This document shows, piece by piece, positions 31,943 to 40,389 of a stretch of DNA of 64,000 nt. The position numbers were made by a program, and so were the translations under genes. The notes under the pieces were generated by a model, which worked only from the letters and a program-made list of their open reading frames with translations, did no database searches and was not told the origin of the DNA. Position 1 is the first letter of the stretch. The number at the start of each line of letters is the position of its first letter. Source of the DNA: Bacilli bacterium. GTDB lineage: Bacteria; Bacillota_I; Bacilli_A; RF39; UBA660. The stretch is from NCBI GenBank assembly GCA_017435255.1, contig JAFSFI010000008.1, forward strand, positions 1,765 through 65,764, given 5' to 3'.

Positions 31943-32204
31943 TGATGAACAAATTAATTTGCTTTTAAGTGTATACGACAAAGAGATAATTGAGACGTTT
32001 TTACTTAATAAAGATAATGTAGTAGAAGTAATTGATTATTTAAAAGAATATGGGATAAAAGATATACCAAAATTAATGATAGAAAGAATAGATATATTTT
32101 ATTTACCATATAAAGTTATAGATGAGTTGTTTTCTCATTATGAAAAAGATAGTGTAATAGCAACACTTGATTATGATGCATCAATATTTGATGAAATGAT
32201 TTAA
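31914..32204 (+). CDS. Hypothetical 96-aa protein with two mTERF-like helical motifs
   Basis: Overlaps the upstream gene by 29 nt. FLKNKGFSDEQINLLLSVYDKEII and VIDYLKEYGIKDIPKLMIERIDIFY fit the L..xG[FI]s...I..ll...p.i repeat. Confidence 0.45.
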   Translation: MEFLKNKGFSDEQINLLLSVYDKEIIETFLLNKDNVVEVIDYLKEYGIKDIPKLMIERIDIFYLPYKVIDELFSHYEKDSVIATLDYDASIFDEMI

Positions 32205-32212
32205 AAAAACAC

Positions 32213-32241
32213 TTGATTTATTATTAATAATAAGGTATATT
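32213..32241 (+). promoter_or_regulatory. Sigma-A-type promoter of rpsO
   Basis: TTGATT, 17-nt spacer, TATATT. Followed by an ~85-nt leader before the rpsO RBS. Confidence 0.4.
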
Positions 32242-32327
32242 ATTAATGCTTACTTCTTCTAGGTGATGGATTCTTCCGACCATTACTTGGATGATAGTGA
32301 ATAAATTATGAAAGGGAGGACTATAAA

Positions 32328-32597
32328 ATGGCTTTAACTAAAGAAGTAAAAGCAAGAATCATTAAAGATTTTGCTAAAAACGAAAAAGATACTGGTTCAG
32401 CTGAAGTTCAAATTGCTATTCTTACAGAAGAAATTAATATTTTAACTGAACATTTAAAAGAACATATCCATGATTATCATTCTAGACGTGGTCTTTTAAG
32501 AAAAGTTGGACAAAGAAGAAGCTTATTAAATTACTTAGCTAAAAACGATATTAACTCATACCGTGAAGTAATTAAGAAGTTAGGATTAAGAAAATAA
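32328..32597 (+). CDS. rpsO: 30S ribosomal protein S15
   Basis: 89 aa. [49 protein letters not shown] is canonical S15. RBS GGGAGG. Confidence 0.97.
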   Translation: MALTKEVKARIIKDFAKNEKDTGSAEVQIAILTEEINILTEHLKEHIHDYHSRRGLLRKVGQRRSLLNYLAKNDINSYREVIKKLGLRK

Positions 32598-32608
32598 TAA
32601 TAAAAAGT

Positions 32609-32638
32609 AGACACTCTTTTTTGGGTGTCTTTATTTTT
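32609..32638 (+). terminator. Rho-independent terminator after rpsO
   Basis: AGACAC...GTGTCT hairpin followed by a T-rich run. Confidence 0.6.
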
Positions 32639-32653
32639 GAGAGGGGGATTAAA

Positions 32654-32974
32654 ATGGATACAAATAGAGTATATTTTGGTAGTGTATATCAGGTTGATTC
32701 TATAGGTACTAGTTATTATGATCATACTGTTCATTTGAATTATGTGAAACCAGCGCTTGTATTTGTGAAAGCTAATATATTTGGTAGACAATATATGTTA
32801 GATTTAAATACAAAAGAAAAATATCCATTCAGGACAGGAAGAATTCCTAAAGTTGGAACTTTACATGTATCAACAAGATCACTTAGATCATTTAATGAAG
32901 TTACTAAAAACGAAAGAGAAGATTTACCAAGGAAAATGATTAAACAAATGGGAAATAAATACTTATCAAAATAG
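32654..32974 (+). CDS. Hypothetical 106-aa basic protein between rpsO and pnp
   Basis: ATG at 32654 follows GAGGGGG. The ORF-track start at 32621 lies inside the rpsO terminator and is rejected. No recognised domain. Confidence 0.5.
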   Translation: MDTNRVYFGSVYQVDSIGTSYYDHTVHLNYVKPALVFVKANIFGRQYMLDLNTKEKYPFRTGRIPKVGTLHVSTRSLRSFNEVTKNEREDLPRKMIKQMGNKYLSK

Positions 32975-32989
32975 TAAAGGAGAAGTAAA

Positions 32990-35122
32990 ATGGAAAAGAA
33001 AATATTTGAATTAGATTTTAGAGGAAGAAAAATAGTTGTAGAACATGGTGAAGTAGCTAAACAAGCTCATGGTGCAGTACTAGTTAGATATGGGGACACA
33101 GTAATTTTATCAACTGCTGTAGTTAGTAAGAATGCTAATATTTTATCTGATTTCTTCCCGTTAATGGTTCTTTATCAAGAAAAATTATATTCTGTAGGTA
33201 AAATACCTGGTGGATTTATTAAAAGAGAAGGTAGACCAACTGATGCTGCAACACTTGCTGCTAGAATGATTGATAGACCAATGCGCCCATTGTTTCCAGA
33301 AGGTTTTAGAAATGAAGTGCAAATAGTAAATACAGTATTATCTGTTGAACAAGATAATTCACCAGAAATTACTGCATTATTAGGTTCTAGTATTGCTACT
33401 TGTATTAGTAAAATACCTTTTGATGGACCTATAGCAGGTGTAAAAGTTGGTAGAGTTGATGGAGAATTTGTAATCAACCCAACTCCTGAGCAAGTGGAGA
33501 AATCTGATATAGATTTAACAGTAGCAGGTACTAAGTATGCTATTAACATGGTTGAATCTAGTGCTAAACAAGTGTCAGAAGATGATATGTTAGAAGCATT
33601 AATGTTTGGCCATGAAGCTATTAAAGAATTAGTGGCATTCCAAGAAGAGATTATTGAAGCAATCGGTGAAGAGAAAATGGAATATGAAACATTAGAAATC
33701 ACTGATGAGTTTAAAGAAGAAATCTCTAATCTTTGTAAAGAAGAATTGGATAAAGCTCTTCGTATTAAAGATAAACTTGAAAAATATGCAGCTATCGACA
33801 AAGTTAAAGAAGAAGTTGTTACTAAATATGAGGCTGAGAATAGTGAATTAAAAGATAAAGAATTAAATGAATTATTAACTAAAGTAAAACTAGTATTAGA
33901 AGAAATAGAATATGAGTTATTTAGAAGAATAGTTGTTAAAGAAAAAACTAGAGCAGATGGAAGAAGTATGACTGAGATTCGTCCGTTATCAACTGATATA
34001 GATATTTTACCTAGAACTCATGGTTCTGCATTGTTTACTCGCGGGCAAACTCAAAGTTTATCTATTACTACATTGGGAGCATTAGGTGAACATCAAATAT
34101 TAGATGGATTATCTCTAGAAGATGAAAAAAGATTTATGCTTCATTATAACTTCCCACAATTTTCAGTTGGTGAAACTGGAAGATATGGTTCTCCTGGAAG
34201 ACGTGAAATTGGTCATGGAGCATTAGGTGAAAAAGCATTATTACAAGTTATTCCAAGTGAAGATGAATTCCCATATACTATTCGTGTAGTTAGTGAAATT
34301 TTAGAAAGTAATGGTTCATCAAGTCAAGCATCAATTTGTGCTGGATGTATGTCTCTAATGGCAGCTGGTGTTCCAATTAAAGCTCCAGTAGCTGGTATTG
34401 CTATGGGACTTATTACTGATGGTGATGATTATACTATTTTAACTGATATTCAAGGTATGGAAGATCACCTAGGAGATATGGATTTTAAAGTAGCTGGTAC
34501 AAGAGATGGTATTTGTGCATTACAAATGGATATTAAGATTAAAGGTATTACTAAACAAATCTTAAAAGAAGCTTTAGCGCAAGCGAAAGATGCAAGAATG
34601 GAAATACTTGATGTTATTCAAAAACAAATTGCTGAACCAAGAAAAGAAGTTAGTAAATATGCTCCAAAAACATTAACATTTATGATTAAACCAGAAAAAA
34701 TTAAAGATGTTATTGGTAAAGGTGGAGAAATGATTACTAAAATCATTTGTGAAGCAAGTAATGTTACTAGTGTAAGTGATATTAATGCTGTTAAAGTTGA
34801 TTTAGAAGATGATGGAAGAGTAATTATTTATCATTCTGATCAAGAAATTATCGATAAGACTGCTGAAATGATTAAGAATATCGTAAGAGAAGTTGAAGAA
34901 GGAAAAATTTATACAGCTAAAGTAGTTGCAATTGAAGAGTTTGGATGTTTTGTACAAGTTTGGCCTGGATGTGAAGGGTTGGTACATATTTCAAAACTAT
35001 CAAAAGAAAGAGTTGAAAAAACAGAAGATGTTGTAAAACTTGGTGACGAAATTATTGTTAAAGCAATAGGTACTGATAAAAAAGGTAGACTTAACTTCTC
35101 AAGAAAAGACGCAATGAATTAA
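32990..35122 (+). CDS. pnp: Polyribonucleotide nucleotidyltransferase (PNPase)
   Basis: Two RNase PH domains (REGRPTD..., [22 protein letters not shown]), a KH domain ([12 protein letters not shown]) and an S1 domain ([20 protein letters not shown]). Confidence 0.97.
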   Translation: MEKKIFELDFRGRKIVVEHGEVAKQAHGAVLVRYGDTVILSTAVVSKNANILSDFFPLMVLYQEKLYSVGKIPGGFIKREGRPTDAATLAARMIDRPMRPLFPEGFRNEVQIVNTVLSVEQDNSPEITALLGSSIATCISKIPFDGPIAGVKVGRVDGEFVINPTPEQVEKSDIDLTVAGTKYAINMVESSAKQVSEDDMLEALMFGHEAIKELVAFQEEIIEAIGEEKMEYETLEITDEFKEEISNLCKEELDKALRIKDKLEKYAAIDKVKEEVVTKYEAENSELKDKELNELLTKVKLVLEEIEYELFRRIVVKEKTRADGRSMTEIRPLSTDIDILPRTHGSALFTRGQTQSLSITTLGALGEHQILDGLSLEDEKRFMLHYNFPQFSVGETGRYGSPGRREIGHGALGEKALLQVIPSEDEFPYTIRVVSEILESNGSSSQASICAGCMSLMAAGVPIKAPVAGIAMGLITDGDDYTILTDIQGMEDHLGDMDFKVAGTRDGICALQMDIKIKGITKQILKEALAQAKDARMEILDVIQKQIAEPRKEVSKYAPKTLTFMIKPEKIKDVIGKGGEMITKIICEASNVTSVSDINAVKVDLEDDGRVIIYHSDQEIIDKTAEMIKNIVREVEEGKIYTAKVVAIEEFGCFVQVWPGCEGLVHISKLSKERVEKTEDVVKLGDEIIVKAIGTDKKGRLNFSRKDAMN

Positions 35123-35147
35123 GAGAAAGAAATTTCTCTTTTTTTTA
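35122..35147 (+). terminator. Rho-independent terminator after pnp
   Basis: AGAGAAA-GAAA-TTTCTCT hairpin followed by T8. Confidence 0.7.
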
Positions 35148-35174
35148 TAAAATGTAAAATATTAGTTTGTTCGA

Positions 35175-35203
35175 TTGTTCTAGAAGTTTACTTATAGTAT
35201 AAT
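35175..35203 (+). promoter_or_regulatory. Sigma-A-type promoter of the small structured transcript
   Basis: TTGTTC, 17-nt spacer, TATAAT. The predicted TSS near 35210 coincides with the first base of the long 5'-3' helix. Confidence 0.5.
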
Positions 35204-35209
35204 TATTCT

Positions 35210-35445
35210 AGGAACATTTAATAGTTGGGTGGTTGCCAAATCTCTTGCAGGGAGGTGGTGATACAATGAACAAGAAAGATTTTTTAATCTTATCTCAAGT
35301 AATTATTATCTTCCTTTTAATATTATTGCTATATACAGTTTTAATATAAAAAGAAAACCACCTAACTCATCTATGAATTAGGTGGAACCCAAAATATACG
35401 GCAACATCCAACATGGACATATTAGATGTTCCTTTTTTATTTTAT
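35210..35445 (+). ncRNA. Highly structured ~235-nt transcript carrying a 27-codon ORF (type I toxin mRNA candidate)
   Basis: 5' 35211-35237 pairs with 3' 35400-35432 (13+5+6 bp, one G-U). The SD AGGUGGU (35253-59) is complementary to ACCACCU (35357-63). That element can instead pair with UUAGGUGG (35378-85). Ends in a T-run. Confidence 0.55.
35266..35349 (+). CDS. 27-aa hydrophobic peptide (candidate type I toxin)
   Basis: Not in the ORF track. GGAGGTGG SD 7 nt upstream of the ATG. MNKKDFLILSQVIIIFLLILLLYTVLI has a charged N-terminus followed by a single TM helix. Confidence 0.45.
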   Translation: MNKKDFLILSQVIIIFLLILLLYTVLI

Positions 35446-35488
35446 GCAAGTTTCCTTGACAAATTCATAGTAACATATTTTTTATTGT

Positions 35489-35517
35489 TTGTCAAAATTC
35501 TAACTTTATAGTATAAT
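35489..35517 (+). promoter_or_regulatory. Sigma-A-type promoter of smc
   Basis: TTGTCA, 17-nt spacer, TATAAT. Confidence 0.5.
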
Positions 35518-35542
35518 TTTTATAGTAGATAGGGTGATAAGT

Positions 35543-38488
35543 ATGTACTTGAAAGAAATAAGCGCATCTGGATTTAAGTCTTTTGCAGAAAAATTAACTA
35601 TAAGTCTAGATGGTAAAACTACTTGTATTGTTGGTCCTAATGGATCTGGTAAAAGTAATATAGTAGATGCAGTAAGATGGGTATTAGGTGAACAATCAGT
35701 TAAATCACTTCGTGGTGATAGTGGCATGACAGATGTCATTTTTTCTGGTTCAAAATCAAGAAATCCACTTAATGTAGCTAGTGTATCTTTAACATTTGAT
35801 AATAGTGATAATTATTTAAAGATACCTTATAATGAAGTTTCTATCAAAAGAAGAGTTTATCGTACAGGAGAAAATGAATATTACTTAAATGGTGATAAAT
35901 GTAGGCTTAAAGATATAACCGATTTATTTATTGATAGCGGAATTGGAAAAGACGCATTTAACATTATTTCTCAAGGAGATATTAGTAAAATATTATCTAA
36001 TTCTCCTGAAGAAAGACGTACTATATTTGAAAGTGCAGCAGGAGTATTAAAATATAAAAAGAGAAAAGAAGAAGCTATTAGGAAGCTTGATAGAACTCAT
36101 AATAATTTGGATAGAGTAAATGATATTATTGGTGAATTAGAAGTACAAGTAGAACCTTTAAAAGAACAAAGTAAAAAAGCTTTAGAGTATTTAGAGAATA
36201 AAGAAAAACTTGAAAATATTGAAGTAGCGCTAATCGCTTATGAAATAGAAGAGATGAATTTCCAATATGAAGAAGTTAAGAAAAACGTAGAGGAATTAAA
36301 TAATAAAATACTTAATTTAAATGTAAAAGGCAACAATGATGATACCTTGTTTATTGAAAGTAAAAATGATCTAGGTAAATTAAACGTTGAACTTAATGAA
36401 TTTAATAATAGATTATTGGAACTTACTAAGAAAGAAGAAAAACTTAATGGTGAAATGAATATTCTTAAAGAACGTAGTAAATATGATGCATCTAATAGTA
36501 AAGTTCATGAAAACATTTCTAAATTAAAAGAAGATAAATTAAAGTTAGAAAATGATTTATATTTATTAAATAAAGATATAGAAGATTTATTAAATGAAGT
36601 AAATAATAATAGAGACGAAGTTAGTAAAATAGAACTTGAAGTTTCTAATTTAAAGAAAAGAAAAGATTCTAGTTTAAGTGATTTAGATAATAAAAATAGA
36701 GAACTTACAAATGTAAGCCATAAGATCGAAGTGTTAAATAATTATATTTCATCCGGTGGAAGTCTATCAAACAGTGTTAAATCTGTTTTAAATAATCCTA
36801 GACTTTCTGGCATTCACGATGTTTTAGGTAATTTGATAGAGGTAGATGAAAAATATACTAAAGCATTAGAAGTAGCTCTCTTAGCTAGTAAACAATATAT
36901 TGTTGTAGATGATGAAAAAAGTGCTAAAAGTGCGATTAATTATTTAAAAGATAATAACTTAGGTAGGGCAACATTCTTTCCTATTGCAGTTATAAAACCT
37001 AGAGGAATAGATCACGAAACATTAAGTTTATTAAGTAATGAAGATGGATTTATTGATATATTTTCAAATGTTGTTACATATAGTGACAAATATTATGGAG
37101 TTGTTACAAATCAACTTGGAAATGTAATACTAGTAAATAATATTGATACTGCTAATAGAGTTAGTAAAAGAATAAACCAAAGATATAAGATAGTAACACT
37201 TGATGGTGATGTAGTAAATGTTGGTGGTTCTATTACTGGTGGTAGCTTACATGTAGGTAAGAGTATCATTAGTGAGAAAAAAGAATTAGAATATTTAAAC
37301 AGACATAAAAAAGAATTAGAAGTAGTAATTACAGATATTAATAAAGATATAGTTAGATTTAATGATGAAATTTCTAAATTAGAAGAAGTATTATTTTCTA
37401 ATAAGTCTAAACTAGTAGAAATTGAAGAAATATTACACAATAAAGAAAATAATAACAGTATTCTTCGTAGTAGTCTTGAAAATACAGATAATGAACTTAA
37501 TAGCTTAGGTCATGTTGTTGATTCATCTCTTTCTAAAGAAGAAGAAAGATTAATGAATGAATACTATAGTGTTAATCGTGAGAAAGAGGAGTTAATTAAA
37601 GACATTAACAATAAAGCTAAAGAAAAAGATAAATTATCTATGAAAATAGATGAAATGGAAGCAATTAATAAAATGAATAATTCCTTGCTTTATAAAACTG
37701 AAAAAGAGTTAAAAGAACAAGAAATTTTATTAGGTAAATTAGATGTTAAATTGGATAATCATTTAAATATATTAAGAGAAGATTATGAATTAACTTTTGA
37801 AAAGGCTAAAGATAATTATGTTTTAGAATTAGAACCTAGTGAGGCTAGAACTAATGTTAACATTTATAAAAATAATATTAAACGTCTTGGAATGGTAAAC
37901 TTAGCATCAATTGAAGACTATAAAAGAGTGTCGGAAAGATATGAATTCCTAACTTCTCAAAAGAATGATTTATTAAATGCAAAAGAGACTTTATTAGAAA
38001 TAATTGAAGAGATGGATTCTGTTATGAAGGAAGAATTCTTAACTACATTTGAAAAAATAGAAATAGAGTTTAAAAAAGTCTTTAAAGAATTATTCCATGG
38101 TGGAACAGCAACTCTTAAATTAACAGATCCTAATAATATATTAGAAACAGGAATAGAAATTATTGCATCACCGCCTGGTAAGAAACTTGCATCAATTTCT
38201 CTTTTATCAGGAGGAGAAAAAACACTTACTGCAATTAGTTTAATATTTGCAATTCTAAATGTTAGGGTAGTACCATTCTGCTTGTTTGATGAAGTAGAAG
38301 CAGCACTTGACGAGGCAAATGTAGATAACTTTGGTAAATATTTAAACAATTATAGTAATAAAACTCAGTTCTTATTAATTACGCATAAGAAAAAAACTAT
38401 GGAGTATGCTAATACTTTATATGGAATTACTATGCAAGAGTCTGGAGTTAGTAAACTAGTAAGTGTAAAACTAGATAAAATAGATTAA
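35543..38488 (+). CDS. smc: Chromosome segregation protein SMC
   Basis: MYLKEISASGFKSF, Walker A GPNGSGKSN, long coiled coils, the hinge (LGRATFFPI), signature LSGGEKTLTA and Walker B FCLFDEVEAALD. Confidence 0.96.
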   Translation: MYLKEISASGFKSFAEKLTISLDGKTTCIVGPNGSGKSNIVDAVRWVLGEQSVKSLRGDSGMTDVIFSGSKSRNPLNVASVSLTFDNSDNYLKIPYNEVSIKRRVYRTGENEYYLNGDKCRLKDITDLFIDSGIGKDAFNIISQGDISKILSNSPEERRTIFESAAGVLKYKKRKEEAIRKLDRTHNNLDRVNDIIGELEVQVEPLKEQSKKALEYLENKEKLENIEVALIAYEIEEMNFQYEEVKKNVEELNNKILNLNVKGNNDDTLFIESKNDLGKLNVELNEFNNRLLELTKKEEKLNGEMNILKERSKYDASNSKVHENISKLKEDKLKLENDLYLLNKDIEDLLNEVNNNRDEVSKIELEVSNLKKRKDSSLSDLDNKNRELTNVSHKIEVLNNYISSGGSLSNSVKSVLNNPRLSGIHDVLGNLIEVDEKYTKALEVALLASKQYIVVDDEKSAKSAINYLKDNNLGRATFFPIAVIKPRGIDHETLSLLSNEDGFIDIFSNVVTYSDKYYGVVTNQLGNVILVNNIDTANRVSKRINQRYKIVTLDGDVVNVGGSITGGSLHVGKSIISEKKELEYLNRHKKELEVVITDINKDIVRFNDEISKLEEVLFSNKSKLVEIEEILHNKENNNSILRSSLENTDNELNSLGHVVDSSLSKEEERLMNEYYSVNREKEELIKDINNKAKEKDKLSMKIDEMEAINKMNNSLLYKTEKELKEQEILLGKLDVKLDNHLNILREDYELTFEKAKDNYVLELEPSEARTNVNIYKNNIKRLGMVNLASIEDYKRVSERYEFLTSQKNDLLNAKETLLEIIEEMDSVMKEEFLTTFEKIEIEFKKVFKELFHGGTATLKLTDPNNILETGIEIIASPPGKKLASISLLSGGEKTLTAISLIFAILNVRVVPFCLFDEVEAALDEANVDNFGKYLNNYSNKTQFLLITHKKKTMEYANTLYGITMQESGVSKLVSVKLDKID

Positions 38489-38518
38489 AGCCATTTTACA
38501 TGGCTTTTTATTTTTTTG
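38487..38518 (+). terminator. Rho-independent terminator after smc
   Basis: AGCCAT-TTTAC-ATGGCT hairpin followed by a T-run. Confidence 0.7.
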
Positions 38519-38604
38519 TGTAAAGTGATTAAAAAAAACAAATTTACTACTATTATTGATCGACATTGTTTGATAGAATATAAATTAAGATAGGAGTGTT
38601 TATA

Positions 38605-39378
38605 ATGGAATTTGTAAAGAAGAATATTAAGTGGATTGCTTTAGGAGGTTTGGGTGTTGCTTTTTTAGGTCTGTTTTTACCTTATGCAACAGTAACTGCA
38701 GAACTTTTTGGTACTCCAATTTTTAGCCAATCTATAACTTATGTAAAACATGATGGAATATTTGTTTTATTAGCTATTGTTGCTTGTGGAGTATTATTAT
38801 TCTTAAAGAAAGAATTGTTTTCTTTAATACCGTTAGGACTAGGAGCAGGTATTACTGTGTATAGTGCATTTAATGTAGGTAAAGTAATGGGTGAAACTCA
38901 AGTAGAAGGAGTTAAAACTAGTTTCTCAATAGGGTTTTATATGTTGATTATAGGACTAGTTGTAGCTGCCGCTGCAATTTGCTACAGTGAGTTTGTTCTA
39001 AAGAAAAAAGGAATAGGAATTGGAGTTAATAACCAGGGTTATGCACAACCAAATTATAATCAGGGATATCAACCTTATAACTATAATCAACCAACTCAAC
39101 CAATCGAACAACCTAGTTATAATCAACCATTTGTTGGTGGACCAGTAAACGATGTACAACAACCTATGGGAATGCCAGCAAACAATGATACGTACAATCA
39201 AACATCTGTTGCACAGAATCCAGTTCAATCGTTTGGTCAAGTGCAACCAGCAATGAACAATATGCAACAACCTGTTCAAGACTTTTCTAATCCAGCAGTT
39301 GTTAATTGTCCACAATGTGGAACAGCATTGAACGCGGGTACTCAATTCTGCCATCAATGCGGAAGTAAAGTAAATTAG
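38605..39378 (+). CDS. Multi-pass membrane protein with a Q/N/P/Y-rich linker and a C-terminal zinc ribbon (paralog 1)
   Basis: About four TM segments. Low-complexity NQGYAQPNYNQGYQPYNYNQPTQP. C-terminal CPQCGTALNAGTQFCHQCGSKVN. Confidence 0.6.
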   Translation: MEFVKKNIKWIALGGLGVAFLGLFLPYATVTAELFGTPIFSQSITYVKHDGIFVLLAIVACGVLLFLKKELFSLIPLGLGAGITVYSAFNVGKVMGETQVEGVKTSFSIGFYMLIIGLVVAAAAICYSEFVLKKKGIGIGVNNQGYAQPNYNQGYQPYNYNQPTQPIEQPSYNQPFVGGPVNDVQQPMGMPANNDTYNQTSVAQNPVQSFGQVQPAMNNMQQPVQDFSNPAVVNCPQCGTALNAGTQFCHQCGSKVN

Positions 39379-39445
39379 TTAAAGGGCCTTATGGCCTTTT
39401 ATTTATAAGGCAGATATAAAAGAATAAAATCGGGGTGAAATATAA

Positions 39446-40231
39446 ATGAATTCAGGTGTAAAACTGTTAGTGTTGTTGCTATGTGTAGTATCAATAGGTG
39501 GCTTGTTTTTACCACAGATGACAATTTCAAGTGAGTTTTCGGATGATAAAGAAAGTACTATATATATTCAGGTGGGTGAGGAAGCAGAAGACAAAGATCA
39601 AAGTATGGGAATAACAATTTTGGTTTTAATCGCTATTGCTGTATTTTTCTTGTGTATTGGTGCTAATGTTTTGTCATTGTTGGCTTTAACCGCAGGAGGA
39701 ACATTAGTTATCTATAACGCTGTTATATTAATTAAAGCGATGGATATATATAAAGAATATTCAGATTCTTTATCCGGTTTTATGGATATGAATTATGGTA
39801 TTGGCTTTTATATGTTACCAGCTGGGATATTAATTTCAATTATTATGATTTTGTTTAATTTGAATAATCAAAATGATGTTGGTTATGCTAGTGGAATTAG
39901 TTATAGTTCTTTAAGTTCGAGAACATCATATCAACCTAGTAGTTATAATCCGGAACCTCAACCAGTTGTGCAACCTAATTATAATCAATATTATGGGCAA
40001 TCTGCAGCTAACAGTAGTTATCAATCGATAGGAATGCAGAATAGTTCGGTGAACACTAACATATTTAATCAAGCGCCAGTTGCATCAAATGTGAACCAAT
40101 TTGATGCTGTTGTTGATAATGCTGGGCAAAATACATCAGTAACATCTAGTGCTATGAATTGTCCTCAATGTGGTTCATCGTTAAATAGTGGTATGCAATT
40201 CTGTAATAATTGCGGAACAAAAATCAATTAA
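39446..40231 (+). CDS. Multi-pass membrane protein with an S/Q/N/Y-rich linker and a C-terminal zinc ribbon (paralog 2)
   Basis: Same architecture as 38605..39378. C-terminal CPQCGSSLNSGMQFCNNCGTKIN. Confidence 0.6.
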   Translation: MNSGVKLLVLLLCVVSIGGLFLPQMTISSEFSDDKESTIYIQVGEEAEDKDQSMGITILVLIAIAVFFLCIGANVLSLLALTAGGTLVIYNAVILIKAMDIYKEYSDSLSGFMDMNYGIGFYMLPAGILISIIMILFNLNNQNDVGYASGISYSSLSSRTSYQPSSYNPEPQPVVQPNYNQYYGQSAANSSYQSIGMQNSSVNTNIFNQAPVASNVNQFDAVVDNAGQNTSVTSSAMNCPQCGSSLNSGMQFCNNCGTKIN

Positions 40232-40389
40232 AAGCCTTAATGGCTTTTTTTAATTTGTTAAAAAAAGTATTGTTTTTTTATATGATGTATTTTATAATGT
40301 TTTTGACGTTTGCAAAGAAAACTACATATTTTATAGGGACTACATATAAAAATGTGGCTTTTTTGCGTTGTAAAGGAGTGTGATAATAA

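Noticed and set aside
32621-32653. ORF-track start at 32621 for the post-rpsO ORF.
   Set aside because: It lies within the rpsO terminator hairpin. The ATG at 32654 has a strong GAGGGGG RBS.
35210-35445. Considered whether the structured pnp-smc intergenic RNA is SRP (scRNA/4.5S), 6S RNA or a riboswitch.
   Set aside because: It lacks the SRP domain IV motifs (GGAA/AGCA loops and a GUCAGGUCCGGAAGGAAGCAGC-like core). It is too short for 6S RNA and has no central bubble. It contains a well-positioned SD plus a 27-codon ORF, which fits a toxin mRNA better.
35506-35739. 77-aa minus-strand ORF overlapping the smc start.
   Set aside because: It is antisense to the highly conserved SMC Walker A region and has no RBS.
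40321-40347. Direct repeat ACTACATAT occurring twice (40321 and 40339) upstream of the ABC-2 transporter operon, considered as a possible operator.
   Set aside because: There are only two 9-nt copies in very AT-rich DNA and no adjacent regulator gene. It is indistinguishable from chance without comparative data.
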